From: Bacteroidia bacterium
GTDB lineage: Bacteria > Bacteroidota > Bacteroidia > NS11-12g > UBA9320
Length of the DNA stretch: 64,000 nucleotides
Direction of reading: 5' to 3'
Assembly (NCBI GenBank): GCA_965216465.1
Contig: CBDCFW010000003.1
Coordinates: 318,323-382,322, forward strand
Numbering within the stretch: the first letter of the stretch is position 1; each line of letters starts with the position of its first letter. Shown piece by piece: positions 60,230 through 64,000 of the stretch. Made by a program: the position numbers and the translations under genes. The notes under the pieces were generated by a model, which saw only the letters and a list, made by a program, of their open reading frames with translations, was not told the origin of the DNA and made no database searches.

Positions 60230-63200
60230 TTATTCCTTGTATTTGTTGTGAATCTCAATGAGAAATTCATGTCCTTGCTTTGCCATCTTGTTGCAGAATT
60301 CATCAGCAATTTGTTTTTGACCATTCTCATAAAGATATTCTACTAAGCTAATAATGTGTTTGTTATCAATGGAGGAAAAGTAAGGAGCAAACTGTATTGA
60401 GTTCAAAATAACTCCTACATGTTTAGCAGACTCATTTGGATTACCTCGGTCTTTAAGTTTGATAAGATTTTGGATGAGATAGTGAGAATGAAAATGTTTA
60501 TCAGTAATACCACTTGACTTCAAAACCAAATCTGTACAAGTGTCGTTTAGCTCAGGAACAAAAACAAGAAGATTTGAAAGTGCTGCTAAAACTTCTTGTT
60601 CTTCTTTGCCAGTTGCCTTGTCGTACTTCTTAGCTAGGTAGTTCCACAAATTGTAAATTAATCCTTCAAAGTTCTTTGCCTCAGCCAGATTCAAACTTTT
60701 TAAATAACTTTCTTGCCGCCAAACAAAATTTACAACTTCAAGAATACTTGCGTGATTGCCCTTATTGAAAAGCATTGTTAGCAAGCCTTTCGTCTGCAAA
60801 TCTTCAAAACCCCAAAAGTAAAAAGCAACAATGTGTCTAATAATTCCGTGGTCGTGAAAACTTTTTATCTGAATATTATTCTTGATTGCTTTTTCATAGT
60901 GCGGGTAAAACAACTGATAAATGTCTTTATTAAATGGTGGATTGCCGAAGGCAAATCCACTCATAAAAGCAAGCCAGTATTTATCTTCAATTTTGTAATA
61001 CTCTTTTACTTTACTAGTTATCCAATCTTTATCTAAGAAATAGAATTGTTGGAAATACCAACCAGTGAGAATGTAACCATCAATTATTCCCTTCTTAAAA
61101 GTTTCTTCCAACAAATCTTTAATCTCTTTTTCCCACTTGGGTAAATTATCTTCTGCTTTTAAGTTTCTTGCTCTCCTAAGTGAATAGTCAAGCAGAGTTC
61201 TGAGTGTTTTACCGGCAGTGGAATTCAGCGAATAGGTTGGATAGTCCATATTTGTTTGTTTGAAATCATCTACTGGCTTTAACCTTGGAACAATAATTTC
61301 AAGAATATCCTTTGCTACTGGAAGAAGCGATAAATCAAATGCGTTACTATCTGACTGCATTCCATCAGTCAAAAGATCTCCAACTGAACCTGTAACCCAA
61401 TCCGCTGTCGCTCCCCAACCATCATTTTCCAAACGAAATTGTCCTGATGTAAATTTTTCGTTTGTGATATACTCCTTGTAGAAATTCAAGACCTTTTCCC
61501 AATTGAATGACTTTTTATTTTTCCATGCTTCTCTAAAACCTTTGGCAATATGGTATGTATAGATGTAGGGAACATCCTTATAAAGTTCAATCTCATCAGA
61601 AAATTTCTGAGGCTCGTTTTGGACGGCTGCACTTAATGAGTTTGAAAGTCCGTCAATGGTTGGTTCTTCCCAACGGTCTTTTGGTTTGAAGTTATTAATG
61701 AACTTGACAATTTCCTGATTGCTTTTTTGAAGTATTTCTTCTACGCTGAAAGGAGAAACCGAACCAACTCGTGTTTTTATCACACCCAAATTTTCATAGT
61801 GTTCATTAGTCAGGTTTTCCGCTTGTGAAAGTTTTTCGTAACTGTCTTTGAACGGAGAAATATTTCTTAACGCAGAATACCAACGTAACTGCCAATAATT
61901 CTTATAATTTGAGTCTTTATCTTCTGTTTTATCCTGAGGACCTAAATCAATTATTTTTTGAAGTGATGAGATTTCTTCCTGACTCAACAAATTTTGGTTC
62001 TTATTGAGCATTTCATAAAGGTCTTTATTAAAACTGTGGTCTGAAAAAAGCAGCATTGGGTCATGCTTTTTTACAATTTCCCAGAACAAACTTTTACATT
62101 CTTCCCAATTCTCTCCAATTACATACAGGACAACTCTTCGGAAAAATGGTAGTCGGTATTTGTTCTCGGTGGCAAAAGATTTTAGTAGTGAAACTCCTTC
62201 CTCTTTTTTTTGCTTAACCTTGTCATTAAGAAGGTTTCTAAAGATTAAAGAAAAAACCTCAACAGCTTTGTCTCCGTGATGGTGGTGGTCATTTAGTTTG
62301 CTTATAGTATCGTCTGAGAAGGAATAATATGAGCCATTTGATAAAGCGTTTAACAGTATTTCAACATCGAATTCGTTGTCTTTGTGTCCTTCATATTCTA
62401 ACCCTAACTCTTTTAGAAAAGCAAGGAAGAAATTTTTTACTTGCTCGTCAGTTAGACTTTCAAACTTCTCAATTGTTTTAGTTCCAATGGATTTTTGACC
62501 ATTCTCCTTTTCTGAAATTTGTATGTTCAAGTTTTCGGTTTCAATCTCAGCTTTACAGTGGTAGCTCTTGTCTTTTATCTTGAGTGAAAAGTTAATTCCT
62601 TTTGGGAAATCAAATCTCAGCGTTTTAATTTTTTCTGCTAAGTCGATAATGATATTATCCGAACAATAAGCTGCAATTTTTGAAGTTAGGTTTTTATCAA
62701 TTAAAGCATCCTTTAAATAGTGCATGTAAATTCTAGAACTGTAGCTTTCCACATCAATCCCTAATTTATCTTCTTTTTTAACTTCAACTTTTTCAATAGT
62801 CAAAAGATATTTTAAGATCAATTCGGCTTTTTGGATGTCATCTGCTGTTGGGTTTTTAGATAGAAATTTTGGAAGTAGATTCTCACATATCTCTGAACTC
62901 TGAAGCATTGTATCAAAACTCCCTTTGAGCCAAGTAGGAATGAATTTTAATGTTTCTAATGGAATTTTTTCTTTAGGAAGGTTGGTCAATATCTTTATGA
63001 ACAAATACCAAGTTCTGTAATTGTCAACTGGATTTTGAGAAGCGTTGTTGATGATTAAAATTATTTCATCAATAAGTTCAAGAGATTTTCCATTCTTGAT
63101 TCGGAGTGAAAGTTTTTCAAGGTAAATAAGTGGCTCCCAAAAAGGAATTTGAAACCCTTCTTTTACTTGAATTGGGGAAGGATTGTGTGATGGATTAAAG

Positions 63201-64000
63201 ACTCCTCTTTCTTTTAATATTTTGAACCAAACACTGCTCTCAACTTTTTTGAAAAAATATTGCTTGTAGCTTTCATCTGAATCAACAAGTCCTAATGCAA
63301 AAAGAACTTGCTCCTTTGTTGGACTTGTGGTTTTGAAAATGAGGTCTAAATGGTTAATATTTTCAATGTAAGAATCTCTTAGTCCTTTTAAGTTCTCCAG
63401 CGATTGAGGATTTAAAACTGCACTTGCAAGTTTTTTATCTTCTTCTTTAAGAGCTTTCAGCTTTTTGTATTGAGAAGCATCTGGAAGATGAGATGAGTTC
63501 TCATGAAAAAATCGTTTGAGGTCAATGTAATATCCGATTTGCAGTTTAGTGAATTCAGATTCTAAGTCAGGATGAATTTTACTTGAATCATCTCTATGGC
63601 TGAAATCTGTGTAATTGTTGGTTACAAAAACACAATTGGAAAGATTGTTAGATGAAATGTAGTCGGTGATGCTTAGGAAAATGTAAGCATCTCCAATGCT
63701 ATTCTTTTTTCCAAAAGGTGCTTTCTTCTGTTCAGCTAATTCTATTGCCTTTAATTTGTAATCGTTGGTGATAGGAATTTTGACAGCGTAGTTATCAAAA
63801 ATTGCCTCAACTCTTTTTAGTTGCTCTTCAACTCTGTCATTTAGGTTATCAGGTGTCATTAAAACACTTACCACATCAGTTGAGAAAACCTTCTTGGCTC
63901 TATTGAAAAACGATTTCCAATCGTTTACTAGAGTTTGTTTTTTGTTGTCTCGGTTTCTTTTCCACTCGTCAATAACATTTTCAGGGAGTAATATTTTGAC
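60230..64000 (-). CDS. Large PIN-domain (DUF4935-like) protein with long helical C-terminal region; 5' end outside window
   Basis: Frame is open to 64000 (VKILLPENVIDEWKRN); KKAPF...SIGDAYIF, FVTNNYTDFS...IHPDL. Confidence 0.75.
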   Translation of the reverse strand, partial: VKILLPENVIDEWKRNRDNKKQTLVNDWKSFFNRAKKVFSTDVVSVLMTPDNLNDRVEEQLKRVEAIFDNYAVKIPITNDYKLKAIELAEQKKAPFGKKNSIGDAYIFLSITDYISSNNLSNCVFVTNNYTDFSHRDDSSKIHPDLESEFTKLQIGYYIDLKRFFHENSSHLPDASQYKKLKALKEEDKKLASAVLNPQSLENLKGLRDSYIENINHLDLIFKTTSPTKEQVLFALGLVDSDESYKQYFFKKVESSVWFKILKERGVFNPSHNPSPIQVKEGFQIPFWEPLIYLEKLSLRIKNGKSLELIDEIILIINNASQNPVDNYRTWYLFIKILTNLPKEKIPLETLKFIPTWLKGSFDTMLQSSEICENLLPKFLSKNPTADDIQKAELILKYLLTIEKVEVKKEDKLGIDVESYSSRIYMHYLKDALIDKNLTSKIAAYCSDNIIIDLAEKIKTLRFDFPKGINFSLKIKDKSYHCKAEIETENLNIQISEKENGQKSIGTKTIEKFESLTDEQVKNFFLAFLKELGLEYEGHKDNEFDVEILLNALSNGSYYSFSDDTISKLNDHHHHGDKAVEVFSLIFRNLLNDKVKQKKEEGVSLLKSFATENKYRLPFFRRVVLYVIGENWEECKSLFWEIVKKHDPMLLFSDHSFNKDLYEMLNKNQNLLSQEEISSLQKIIDLGPQDKTEDKDSNYKNYWQLRWYSALRNISPFKDSYEKLSQAENLTNEHYENLGVIKTRVGSVSPFSVEEILQKSNQEIVKFINNFKPKDRWEEPTIDGLSNSLSAAVQNEPQKFSDEIELYKDVPYIYTYHIAKGFREAWKNKKSFNWEKVLNFYKEYITNEKFTSGQFRLENDGWGATADWVTGSVGDLLTDGMQSDSNAFDLSLLPVAKDILEIIVPRLKPVDDFKQTNMDYPTYSLNSTAGKTLRTLLDYSLRRARNLKAEDNLPKWEKEIKDLLEETFKKGIIDGYILTGWYFQQFYFLDKDWITSKVKEYYKIEDKYWLAFMSGFAFGNPPFNKDIYQLFYPHYEKAIKNNIQIKSFHDHGIIRHIVAFYFWGFEDLQTKGLLTMLFNKGNHASILEVVNFVWRQESYLKSLNLAEAKNFEGLIYNLWNYLAKKYDKATGKEEQEVLAALSNLLVFVPELNDTCTDLVLKSSGITDKHFHSHYLIQNLIKLKDRGNPNESAKHVGVILNSIQFAPYFSSIDNKHIISLVEYLYENGQKQIADEFCNKMAKQGHEFLIEIHNKYKE

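Noticed and set aside
36667-64000. Prophage, IS element or integrase
   Set aside because: No ORF with transposase, tyrosine/serine recombinase or phage structural motifs was recognised

Overview
AT-rich bacterial chromosome segment from a Bacteroidota organism. Evidence: TAnnTTTG -7 promoter elements, a T9SS type-B C-terminal-domain protein, DUF6495, a split transketolase and Bacteroidota-type parE/parC. About 1-36.7 kb and 49.7-58.9 kb are mostly core genes (slyD, desaturase, transketolase halves, pckA, uvrA, ECF sigma, parE/parC, dnaN, M16 peptidase, E2, kdsB, pyrG, two ppk2, rsmG, hddA-hddC-gmhB). Two accessory zones lie next to tRNAs. (i) 36.7-46.5 kb, downstream of a minus-strand tRNA-Ser/Arg/Pro cluster, holds small lipoprotein and hypothetical genes, an orphan Imm51-like gene, frameshifted genes and about 3 tandem copies of a ~116-bp palindrome-rich unit. 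(ii) 59.1-64 kb, next to tRNA(CAT) and a decayed copy of it, holds two co-oriented genes (a >1250-aa PIN/DUF4935-like protein running off the window, and a membrane protein). Each is followed by an attC-like foldback site with shared geometry (TAACG-N7-TATG...ATA-N5-TGTTRG). This candidate integron-like cassette array is the most interesting signal; no integrase is visible in the window. A cluster of single-base indels at 42.9-48.2 kb may be assembly error. All product calls come from motif or family recognition by eye, without database searches.
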